45,797 nucleotides of DNA from IMG/VR virus record IMGVR_UViG_3300012202_000003, positions 1-45,797 of that record; one strand, given 5' to 3'. This document shows positions 22,904 through 31,054 of this stretch, piece by piece (positions within the stretch are counted from its first letter, which is position 1; each line of letters starts with the position of its first letter). The translations under genes were made by a program, and so were the position numbers. The notes beneath the pieces are model-generated. The model was not told the origin of the DNA. It did no database searches and worked only from the letters and a program-made list of their open reading frames with translations. Source of the stretch: a virus.

Positions 22904-23238
22904 ACCCTATCAACTCTATCAACCAACTCTGCATCGAATCCCACGCGAACGCGGTCATCCACGGCTTTTGGGAAGGTGCCCTTCGATGCAACATCGGCGA
23001 GAAGGTCGCCCTTATCCACTCTGAAATCTCCGAGTTTTGGGAGGGAGAACGTCGTGGCGAAAGCCCATTCCCCGATGAGCACTGCCCCGAGCACCCTCAC
23101 GGTGCTATCGAACTAGCCGACGTCCTTATCCGTATCTTCGACCTAGCGGGCCATGAGAGGTATGATCTCGGTGCTGCGGTGCAAGCAAAGATGGCCTATA
23201 ACAAGACAAGACCTCATCTTCATGGAAAGAAATGTTAA
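22900..23238 (+). CDS. mazG: MazG-like nucleotide pyrophosphohydrolase (112 aa)
   Basis: EKVALIHSEISEFWEG and ELADVLIRIFDLA helices, typical of phage MazG. ATGA overlap upstream. Confidence 0.65.
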   Translation: MNPINSINQLCIESHANAVIHGFWEGALRCNIGEKVALIHSEISEFWEGERRGESPFPDEHCPEHPHGAIELADVLIRIFDLAGHERYDLGAAVQAKMAYNKTRPHLHGKKC

Positions 23239-23431
23239 CCCTTCCTGGAAGGTGAAGTGTCAGATTGGAAGTTACTTCCTCTCTTTTTTTCCTACCAAAT
23301 TATCAACCCGTGAAGTTGGGCACTGTCTTGGTTATTCAAAAGACATGATTCGAAAAATCGAACAACGAGCAGCTTTTAAAATTGTTGTAAGAATGCAGAA
23401 AGCTATCTATGACGAACACCTTCTCTCTTGA
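23222..23431 (+). CDS. Small HTH protein, sigma-70 region-4-like (69 aa)
   Basis: LSTREVGHCLGYSKDMIRKIEQRAAFKI resembles a region-4 HTH. ATG at 23222 lies within the track ORF 23153..23431. Confidence 0.45.
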   Translation: MERNVNPSWKVKCQIGSYFLSFFPTKLSTREVGHCLGYSKDMIRKIEQRAAFKIVVRMQKAIYDEHLLS

Positions 23432-23831
23432 CGAAGACTTGTCCAAAGTTGCTACCCCGCTTTACATCCCAGAGCGCGCAGCCTGCGAACCCCACCTTTT
23501 CTGCTCGATGGAACGGTTTGTCAAATACGTATCCAAGTTTTATTGCTTTGATTGTATCACTTATTCTCAGTCTATCTTTTCAGGTCTCGTCCCCAACCGA
23601 CTTATTTACGGCCTAAGAACGGGTCTTCCAAAGAACAAAAACTGGAAATACGTTCCCTCCATCCATACAAAACTCTTCCTTCTTTATAACAAGACCAAAC
23701 TTCACCGTGCCTACGTCGGCTCCTTCAATCTATGTGCACCAACTACCGAGAATCTTATGATCGAAGCAGGATCACAGAAGGTGCGCAACTATCTTAAAGA
23801 GTATTTTGAGTATATATGGAAACGAAAATGA
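23409..23831 (+). CDS. Phospholipase-D-family (HKD) nuclease-like protein (140 aa)
   Basis: HTKLFLLYN...AYVGSFNL matches HxK...GSxN. Size is similar to Nuc-type endonucleases. The Asp position of the HKD motif is Tyr here. Confidence 0.5.
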   Translation: MTNTFSLDEDLSKVATPLYIPERAACEPHLFCSMERFVKYVSKFYCFDCITYSQSIFSGLVPNRLIYGLRTGLPKNKNWKYVPSIHTKLFLLYNKTKLHRAYVGSFNLCAPTTENLMIEAGSQKVRNYLKEYFEYIWKRK

Positions 23832-25198
23832 CTCCTACTATACTAATCACCTCCATAAAGGTTGAAGACCGTCAGCGGAAAGACCTCGGCGACGTCGCGG
23901 ACCTTGCAGCCTCGATGGCTGAACATGGCCTTATCCAACCCATCGTGCTGAACTTCGACAACCGTCTTATTGCGGGTGAGCGTCGTCTCCGAGCAGCCGA
24001 GTCCCTTGGTTGGACCTCTATCTCATTCGTCTATAAAGAAACCCTCTCCGAGGAACAACTCACCATGTTGGAACTCGAAGAGAACATCCGACGAAAGGAG
24101 ATGACCTGGCAGGAGCAGTGCCGCGCTATTGACAAAGTCCATCAGATTAAGCTACGTCAATCTGCTATCAACCCTCAAGCTGAGTTATGGACCCATAAAA
24201 TGACGGGCCTTCTTCTTGGGGTCTCTCGTTCGACAGTGACCTTTAACATCCAAGTCATCGCAGAACTCAACAACCCCGACTCCGGCATCCATCAATGCAC
24301 CGGATATACCGACGCAATTAAATGGCTTATACGGCGTCGAGAAGACGAAGCCCTCGCAGTTCTTGCATCGCGAACATTATCAAAGCCGCTTCCGATCCCA
24401 ACAATCATCTCTGAAGAAGATGGAACGTCATCAGAGTTCGATTCGGATGAACTTCCTATCGTAGGTGAACAAGAAACCCTAGCTATCTCGAAGATGTTCA
24501 TCCTTGGAGACTGTCTTAAAGTGCTCGACACCTACCCTCCAGAAAGCTTCGACCACTGTATCACCGACCCACCTTACGGAATTGACATGGCAATGCTTTC
24601 TCAACAGAACAGCGGCATTGGGGACGTCGACCGAGTCGAGGCTGAGCATGACGTTCGCGAAAACCGTCTTTTACTCTCAGACGTGATACCAGAGATTTAT
24701 CGCGTTCTTAAAAAGGATGCTTTCTTCGTTTTATGGTGTGATATAACAAACTGGCAGTTTATCTATGACCGATGCCAACAAATCGGCTTCAAGGTTCAAA
24801 GATGGCCCCTAACCTGGGTCAAAACCCACCAATGTATCAACCAAGCCGCACAGTATAACTTCACCAAGAGCACCGAGATTGCGATGGTATGTCGAAAAGG
24901 CAACGCTATGCTTGCGAAGTCTGCTTCCTCATGCGTGATCCACGCAGAACGCTCCACAGCCGAATCCAACCCTTTCGCGAAGCCGTTTGCAGTATGGGAA
25001 TTCATCCTCGACCATATCGTCCTCCGTGGGCAGACTATCCTCGATCCCTTCGCGGGTGAGGGGTCATCCCTCCAGGTCTTCGCCTCATCTTGGAACCCTT
25101 TTGTTGGGATTGAGATTAACGAGAAACATTATAATGCCGGTCTTGTAGCTCTAAAAGCAAAATTCGACATCATGTATCGAAACCCCTTCTACACATGA
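23816..25198 (+). CDS. ParB-like N-terminal domain fused to an N6A/N4C DNA methyltransferase (460 aa)
   Basis: ParB box IQPIVL...LIAGERRLRAA. Methyltransferase motif IV ITDPPYG precedes motif I ILDPFAGEGSS (beta-class order). Confidence 0.85.
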   Translation: METKMTPTILITSIKVEDRQRKDLGDVADLAASMAEHGLIQPIVLNFDNRLIAGERRLRAAESLGWTSISFVYKETLSEEQLTMLELEENIRRKEMTWQEQCRAIDKVHQIKLRQSAINPQAELWTHKMTGLLLGVSRSTVTFNIQVIAELNNPDSGIHQCTGYTDAIKWLIRRREDEALAVLASRTLSKPLPIPTIISEEDGTSSEFDSDELPIVGEQETLAISKMFILGDCLKVLDTYPPESFDHCITDPPYGIDMAMLSQQNSGIGDVDRVEAEHDVRENRLLLSDVIPEIYRVLKKDAFFVLWCDITNWQFIYDRCQQIGFKVQRWPLTWVKTHQCINQAAQYNFTKSTEIAMVCRKGNAMLAKSASSCVIHAERSTAESNPFAKPFAVWEFILDHIVLRGQTILDPFAGEGSSLQVFASSWNPFVGIEINEKHYNAGLVALKAKFDIMYRNPFYT

Positions 25199-25965
25199 AA
25201 GTCTTCATCCTCATCACCGAGCCGAAGAGTGGGCCGAAAGAGAACGCTCTTTTATGCTTCGACACAATTCGTGTTGGTTTCCCTACATGGGAAATTCATG
25301 CCACTTTAAATGATGAAAGCACCACAACTACCTCTTTTTATATTGCCTTTACAAAGAAATGTGAAAAAGCCCAAGTCAAACCACACTTTTCTCAAATACG
25401 TCAACACCATGCAAAATGGATCGAGCAGGCTCTTTATATAGGTAACTATAACAAACCGCTTGTTATCCTCGACGGAGACACAATCTTCTGGGAGAACTGT
25501 GAAGGTTTCACTTTCCCCACCCTACTTGCGGGTTACTTCGTCCCTTTCCATCACAACGAATATAGCCGTTGCATGACCGTTAGCCGCCTCCATACCTCCT
25601 TCCTATGGATCAAAGACCCGACAAGGATCGAAGCTACGTTGTTGGAAAAGTGCCCTGACCGTCATAATCTCTACCTCCCCTTCAATCCTTTCCTACCACA
25701 CTTTACCTTCATGAACGATGCAATGTGGTTCTGGGACACCTGTGCTGAACTCTATCAATGCCTTGGGGGAACTGCGTTCGAGGAAAAGCACTTGAATTGC
25801 TTTGACCATCTTAACAGCGCCTCATTCTACCCAGAGATGTTGGAGCGACTCTCCAACAGAGAAGGCTTCCAGAAAATGCATGAACTTGCACACACAGAGC
25901 CACAGAAGCTTCGTGGGTTGTGGAAAGAGATAGACCTTTACTACAAAGGTAGAGGATGTGTCTAA
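25195..25965 (+). CDS. Hypothetical 256-aa protein with a DxD-like motif (possible GT-A-type transferase)
   Basis: VILDGDTIFWEN follows a beta-alpha-like N-terminus. ATGA-coupled to the methyltransferase. The function is an inference only. Confidence 0.5.
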   Translation: MKVFILITEPKSGPKENALLCFDTIRVGFPTWEIHATLNDESTTTTSFYIAFTKKCEKAQVKPHFSQIRQHHAKWIEQALYIGNYNKPLVILDGDTIFWENCEGFTFPTLLAGYFVPFHHNEYSRCMTVSRLHTSFLWIKDPTRIEATLLEKCPDRHNLYLPFNPFLPHFTFMNDAMWFWDTCAELYQCLGGTAFEEKHLNCFDHLNSASFYPEMLERLSNREGFQKMHELAHTEPQKLRGLWKEIDLYYKGRGCV

Positions 25966-26176
25966 CTTCTACCTTCATATCCGCCATCTCGACAACCTCT
26001 ATGAAGTCGCTTTCGCAGATAACAACATCCGCTTCATTTTGGTTTACTACGGCACCCACACCCAACGAGGGGAAGAAGTTCTTTTCGATTCGCTACCTGA
26101 AAAGGTGCAAGAGACAATCGAAGAACGGTTCCAAGAAATGCACCTAACCGATGAAGGAGACCTTTATTCGATATGA
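25958..26176 (+). CDS. Hypothetical 72-aa protein (GTG start)
   Basis: GTG at 25958 follows GGTAGAGGA. ATGA-coupled to the polymerase start. Confidence 0.5.
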   Translation: MSNFYLHIRHLDNLYEVAFADNNIRFILVYYGTHTQRGEEVLFDSLPEKVQETIEERFQEMHLTDEGDLYSI

Positions 26177-28755
26177 ACGTCCCAAATCAGCAACCTTCTT
26201 CTTTCGCGTCTTATCGTATCGCCATTGTTGGCGAAGCTCCCGGCCGCGACGAAGAAGCAATTAGCAAACCTTTTATGGGTATGTCAGGCCGCTTTCTTAA
26301 AGCTCTTATGTCCCGAGCAGGAATCAACCCCGAGTCATGTCTAATTGCAAACGTCTGCCAGACCCGCCCTATCGCCAACGATATCACCACCCTTCGATGG
26401 GATGGTGACGAGATCACCGACGGCCTCGCCCTTCTAAAAGAAGATGTGGTACGGTTCAAACCCAACATCGTTTTTCTCCTCGGCAACATCGCCCTCAAAG
26501 CTGCAAAGGACATGGCACCTTGTCCTCTCAAAAAGCCCAAACACTCCGTCTCCAACTGGCGTGGTTATGCCTTTATCTGTGATCAACTCGATAGTCCTTT
26601 CTTTGGCTTGAAGTGTATCGCTTCCTACCATCCCGCGGCGATCCTTCGTAATTATGAATGGGCACCCCTTCTTCAGTTCGACCTGAAGAAAGCTTTCCGA
26701 CATGGAACCTTTCCCGACCTCAGGGTGCCAAAGCGAGAACTCGACGTTCATCTCACCCCTCAAGAAATTATCGAGGCTCTAAACTACCTCAACGCCTTTC
26801 CAAAGACCGTCGCTATCGATATCGAAGGTGGGGTGGAGAACGTCTCGTGCATTAGCTTCGCCACCGATCCCGGCTACGCTTTCATCGTTCCTCTCTCCAC
26901 CTCAACAGGTTCCTTTTATGAAAATGAAAAAGACGAAATCCAAGTGTGGCAAGCCTTGTCGAAAGTCCTCGCAAACCCCCAAGTGGGAAAAATCCTTCAG
27001 AATTCCCTCTATGACCGTTTCGTCCTACAATACTCTCTTGGGATCGTGGTTCGAGGTGTCATTGAGGATACCATGCTCAAGCACTGGGAAGCGTATTGCG
27101 AGTTGGAAAAAGGTTTGGGGTTCCAAACCTCTCTTTATACTGACGAACCCTACTATAAGTTCGAGAGAAAAACGGACGATCTTGAAGTATTTCATCGATA
27201 TTGTTGCAAGGACTCAGCGATCACTTATGAGATCGCAGAAAAGATCACGCCCTCTCTCAAAGCCCCGTCGCTAGCGCATTACCGAATAAACCTCGAACTT
27301 CTCAACCCTATTCTTTACATGGAGTTGCGGGGGATTGCATACAACACAAAAGGCGCAAAACTTCGCCAGAAGGAGGTGCAGGAGAAGGTGTGGGAACTTC
27401 AGCATGGTCTTAATAATATCACCGGTCACCAACTCCCCATCGAAGAACTTCTTCTTCCTATTCAAGCACAGAAACTCATGTGCTACAAACGTGACCCTAA
27501 CCAACCAAAGGCCCCTTATGCCACAGCCTATCCAGAGACGTTATCACTTATCCGGCTCAACCCTCGAACGTCTTCTCAACAAGGACATCTCGAAGACCTT
27601 CTCGAAACCTCTCTCAACACCAATTCGTCGGCTTTTCGCACGTATCTATATGACAAACTCAAACTCCCCCTCCAAACCAATGAACTTGGTCAACCCACCG
27701 CGGACTACGGTGCGCTCCTCAACCTCAAGAAAAAACTCCCGCCAGAAAGCCTCGACCACCGCGTCGCAGATCTGGCTATTCAAATCCGTCATCACTCTGT
27801 TAGAGCACGCATGTTGGAAATCCATGCAGATCGAGACGGGCGCATTAGGTGTGGTTATAACGTTGTTGGAACTGAAACTGGTCGGATCACCTGTTATACC
27901 AGCCCAACCGGTTCAGGTTACAATCTTCAAACTATTCCTACCTACGACCGGGATCTTTTTGTCGCAGATCAGGATTGTTGGTTCTTCCAATGTGATCTCT
28001 CTGGAGCTGACGGATGGACAGTGGCAGCGTATTGTAAAATGCTTGGGGACTCAACTATGCTGGATGACCTTATATTCGGTCTTAAACCAGCAAAAATCCT
28101 TTGCCTTATGTTACGACAAGGAGCATCCATGGCGACGAAGAGTCGAGAAGAGCTTTCGGTCCTTGCAAAGGAAGTCAAAAAAGAAGACTGGGATTACTTT
28201 GCCTGCAAAATTGCCCAACATGGAACTTGTTACCTTATGGGGGGTATTAAACTCGCCCGCACCATATTCGAACAAAGCGAGGGAAAGGTTAATCTCACAT
28301 CTCGACAGACTGAAGAACTTCGGTCTTTGTTCTTTCTACGATACCCCGGCGTGCGATTATGGCACGATTACACAGCACGTCAATTATCTCGCCAACCAGT
28401 TATCACAAGCGCCAGTGGGCACCGACGTGTTTTCTTTGGACGCTCGAAAGAGATACTAAGTGATGCCTTAGCACACGAACCTCAACATAACACCACGTAT
28501 GTCACAAATTTGGCAGCACTTCGTCTATGGCATGACCCTGAAAATAGAGAAAGCGACAGGCTTAAAATTGAGCCATTACACCAAGTGCATGATGCCCTTG
28601 CCGGTCAATTTAAAAAGTCCGATACAGCTTGGGCAGTTGGTAAGATACGGGAATATTTTAACAACTCCCTCAAAATCGCGAATCAACAAGTGGTTATTCC
28701 CTTTGAAGGTTCTTATGGGGGAAGTTGGGGGAGTTTGAAGGAGGGAGTGATATGA
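26173..28755 (+). CDS. Family A DNA polymerase with an N-terminal UDG-superfamily (family-4-like) domain and a 3'-5' exonuclease domain (860 aa)
   Basis: UDG motifs: GEAPGRDEE, NVCQTRP and SYHPAAILRN. Exonuclease motifs: VAIDIEGG, NSLYDRFVL and YCCKDSAITYE. Polymerase motifs: FQCDLSGADG (A), KIAQHGTCYLMG (B) and QVHDAL (C). Confidence 0.9.
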   Translation: MNVPNQQPSSFASYRIAIVGEAPGRDEEAISKPFMGMSGRFLKALMSRAGINPESCLIANVCQTRPIANDITTLRWDGDEITDGLALLKEDVVRFKPNIVFLLGNIALKAAKDMAPCPLKKPKHSVSNWRGYAFICDQLDSPFFGLKCIASYHPAAILRNYEWAPLLQFDLKKAFRHGTFPDLRVPKRELDVHLTPQEIIEALNYLNAFPKTVAIDIEGGVENVSCISFATDPGYAFIVPLSTSTGSFYENEKDEIQVWQALSKVLANPQVGKILQNSLYDRFVLQYSLGIVVRGVIEDTMLKHWEAYCELEKGLGFQTSLYTDEPYYKFERKTDDLEVFHRYCCKDSAITYEIAEKITPSLKAPSLAHYRINLELLNPILYMELRGIAYNTKGAKLRQKEVQEKVWELQHGLNNITGHQLPIEELLLPIQAQKLMCYKRDPNQPKAPYATAYPETLSLIRLNPRTSSQQGHLEDLLETSLNTNSSAFRTYLYDKLKLPLQTNELGQPTADYGALLNLKKKLPPESLDHRVADLAIQIRHHSVRARMLEIHADRDGRIRCGYNVVGTETGRITCYTSPTGSGYNLQTIPTYDRDLFVADQDCWFFQCDLSGADGWTVAAYCKMLGDSTMLDDLIFGLKPAKILCLMLRQGASMATKSREELSVLAKEVKKEDWDYFACKIAQHGTCYLMGGIKLARTIFEQSEGKVNLTSRQTEELRSLFFLRYPGVRLWHDYTARQLSRQPVITSASGHRRVFFGRSKEILSDALAHEPQHNTTYVTNLAALRLWHDPENRESDRLKIEPLHQVHDALAGQFKKSDTAWAVGKIREYFNNSLKIANQQVVIPFEGSYGGSWGSLKEGVI

Positions 28756-28892
28756 CCGCTGTAGAAATACAAACTAAACACCGAGTGTTTTGTGAACAGT
28801 TGCTCCATTGTCATGGTGGAAACGAGGCAACACAAATTATAGAAGAGTTGATAACTTTTAGTCAAGCAACTACTGATGAAGATAAAGTATAA
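28752..28892 (+). CDS. Possible 46-aa protein
   Basis: ATG at 28752 forms an ATGA overlap with the polymerase stop. Hand-translated as MTAVEIQTKHRVFCEQLLHCHGGNEATQIIEELITFSQATTDEDKV. Confidence 0.35.
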   Translation: MTAVEIQTKHRVFCEQLLHCHGGNEATQIIEELITFSQATTDEDKV

Positions 28893-28964
28893 AGTTCTAC
28901 GTGCCACTATTATATGTATGACAGGACAAGTTTGTGCAGAACGCCTTATAAATGGTGTTAAATC

Positions 28965-29231
28965 ATGAGCCCCCTCAACAACGGCCGTCACCTATCCGCC
29001 TCCGAGCGTCGAATCGCAGACCTCGAACGCACGAAGCAAGAATTCGTCGTCCTTTTGAACTATCTCATCGTGCAAAATGGGGGCAAATACGAAATGCTCG
29101 CGAAGGACGTCCGCCAGATACCTCTCTGGATTATCCGAACGGAGATTAGCGGCGAGGGTGAAGAGCGAAAGATGATCTTCACGCGGTTAGAGCCGCCACC
29201 TCAAGAACCGAAAATTATCCTCCCCCAATAG
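28965..29231 (+). CDS. Hypothetical 88-aa protein
   Basis: Its TAG stop abuts motif copy 5. Confidence 0.5.
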   Translation: MSPLNNGRHLSASERRIADLERTKQEFVVLLNYLIVQNGGKYEMLAKDVRQIPLWIIRTEISGEGEERKMIFTRLEPPPQEPKIILPQ

Positions 29232-29256
29232 GTTCAGGTTAATAATTGCCCTTCAC
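29232..29256 (+). promoter_or_regulatory. 25-nt dyad motif copy 5 (GTTCAGGTTAATAATTGCCCTTCAC)
   Basis: Starts immediately after the TAG at 29229..29231. Lies 42 nt upstream of the HNH gene ATG. Confidence 0.55.
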
Positions 29257-29298
29257 CTATGAAGCCATTTTTCCAACTTGGTAACGGACGACCCTGCT

Positions 29299-29781
29299 AT
29301 GAAAACTATTCCAATTGCAAAATATCCACATATTCTTATACTCGTAGATGACGATGATTATGATAAACTAAAAGACTATACATGGCGGTTAGTTGAAGGG
29401 TATCCAGCAAGAGGATGCAACGCAAACACCTCACTCTCTTCCCCGTTTATCTTAATGACTCATTGTATTCTGCCCTGTAAAGAGGGTTTCGTTATAGATC
29501 ATGTAGACCAAAATAGGTTAAATAACCAAAAGATAAACCTTCGTTATCTTACCTATTCACAGAATAATTTCCACTCAGATAAACACGTAAGAAATACAAC
29601 TGGCTTCAAAGGAGTCTTTTCTGCAACTTATCATGGAAGAGTTTCTTACAGAGCTAGAGTTTGTATCAATCAACAAAGGATTAACTTAGGTAGCTTTAAA
29701 ACCGCAGAAGAAGCGGCGAAAGCTTATGATGCTTATGTAAAATTACATGTAGGGAAAGTTGCTCACTTAAATTCCCCTTGA
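29299..29781 (+). CDS. HNH homing endonuclease with a C-terminal AP2 DNA-binding domain (160 aa)
   Basis: IDHVDQNRLNNQKINLRYLTYSQN (HNH_3-like) and GFKGV...YRARV...LGSFKTAEEAAKAYD (AP2). Visibly AT-rich relative to flanking genes. Confidence 0.8.
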   Translation: MKTIPIAKYPHILILVDDDDYDKLKDYTWRLVEGYPARGCNANTSLSSPFILMTHCILPCKEGFVIDHVDQNRLNNQKINLRYLTYSQNNFHSDKHVRNTTGFKGVFSATYHGRVSYRARVCINQQRINLGSFKTAEEAAKAYDAYVKLHVGKVAHLNSP

Positions 29782-29782
29782 C

Positions 29783-31054
29783 ATGAGTTTTTTAAGCGAT
29801 TATCTGTTCTTTAATGGCGGCAACGAATGCCCAGAGTCCTACCATATATGGTCCGCTATCACCCTCTTAAGCTCTGTCATATCCCGTAAGGTCTACCTTG
29901 ACTGGGGACAGCATCGTATCTATCCCAACCTTTATGTCTGCCTTATCGGCTCTCAGGGATCACGAAAGACTACAGCCAGCGACGTGGTGCGAGATATCCT
30001 CACCGACCACTTCCCAAAGATTCCTCGCGGTGCTTCCGTGACCTCTTCCCAGGCCATCTCGACCTATATGGGACATGATGATAACATTCGTTGTTTTGAG
30101 GATGAGAACAAAATTCTACAAGAATACCATCCTTATGTGATCATAGCGAATGAACTCAAACACTTTCTCGGTATTAACCCTGAGAACATGATCCGTTTCC
30201 TCACTGATATCTATGACCGTAAATGGTGGGATACAAACTACAAGAACGTCGAATCAGAAGGGTTTCCCAACCCTTATGTAGTGCTTCTTGCCTGCGAGAC
30301 GCCAGGATGGATTGTCGATAACCTCAAGATCGAAATTATCTCAGGTGGGTTTGCTCGACGTCTCATTCCTATTTACGAGACAACAATCCGCGAACCTGTT
30401 GACTGGCCTTTCATGACCGACAAGATGTGGAAGGTCCGCTCAGAAGTGATTGAGAAGTTGAAGAAGGTAGAGAAACTTGTCGGCCCATTCACCTACACCG
30501 ACGAAATGCGTCAGTTCTACAAAGAATGGTATTACCAAATCCGAAAGACTCCTCAGAACGACCCCACAATGGAGGGGTTCTTTTCTTCAATGCACACCCA
30601 AATGCTCAAGGTCGCGATGTTGTTGACCATTGTAGAGTATGGAGACCTCCTTCTTCGAAAGAACATGGTCGAAATTTCCATCGCCCTTCTCGATCGAGTG
30701 GTGCCGAAGATGCGTGAACTCTACAGTTCCGCCGGACGGAATGAACTTGCAAAGCCCACCGGCGTTCTCCTTCAAATTCTCAACGCTGCGGGTGGGATCA
30801 TGTTGGAAAAGCAATTCCTCGCTATTGCGTTCAAAGACATGGACCCACGCGAAAGTTATTCGGTGATGAGATATCTTGAGCAGACGGAACAGATTTTCAT
30901 GGTGGAGAAAGTTGTGAATGGAGTGACAAAGAAAATGGTCTGCACCCCTGCCTGCGCAGCCGCGCTTAAAAGACCAAAGTCCTCAGACGTCCAAGCTGCT
31001 TCTCCACCATCACCCGAGCCTCCGGCCTCGATAGACGAGGTTGCATCGCCATAA
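29783..31054 (+). CDS. P-loop NTPase, SF3 helicase-like (VirE/D5-type) replication protein (423 aa)
   Basis: Walker A LIGSQGSRKTT and Walker B-like VIIANEL. The downstream layout resembles VirE/primase-C helicases. No primase domain was seen. Confidence 0.6.
   Translation: MSFLSDYLFFNGGNECPESYHIWSAITLLSSVISRKVYLDWGQHRIYPNLYVCLIGSQGSRKTTASDVVRDILTDHFPKIPRGASVTSSQAISTYMGHDDNIRCFEDENKILQEYHPYVIIANELKHFLGINPENMIRFLTDIYDRKWWDTNYKNVESEGFPNPYVVLLACETPGWIVDNLKIEIISGGFARRLIPIYETTIREPVDWPFMTDKMWKVRSEVIEKLKKVEKLVGPFTYTDEMRQFYKEWYYQIRKTPQNDPTMEGFFSSMHTQMLKVAMLLTIVEYGDLLLRKNMVEISIALLDRVVPKMRELYSSAGRNELAKPTGVLLQILNAAGGIMLEKQFLAIAFKDMDPRESYSVMRYLEQTEQIFMVEKVVNGVTKKMVCTPACAAALKRPKSSDVQAASPPSPEPPASIDEVASP

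Noticed and set aside
23286-23310. Partial motif-like sequence AATTATCAACCCGTGAAG inside the HTH gene
   Set aside because: Only one arm matches, the GG/CC and GT/AC invariants of the other arm are missing, and it lies in coding sequence.
27335-28459. 374-aa plus-strand ORF
   Set aside because: It is an out-of-frame ORF inside the DNA polymerase gene. The polymerase frame carries all exonuclease and polymerase motifs, while this frame is Ser/Arg/Thr-rich low complexity.
29259-29351. 30-codon ORF starting 2 nt after motif copy 5
   Set aside because: It overlaps the HNH gene out of frame, has an implausible composition (Tyr/Cys/Asn-rich) and is probably fortuitous. It is noted only because the other motif copies sit very close to real starts.
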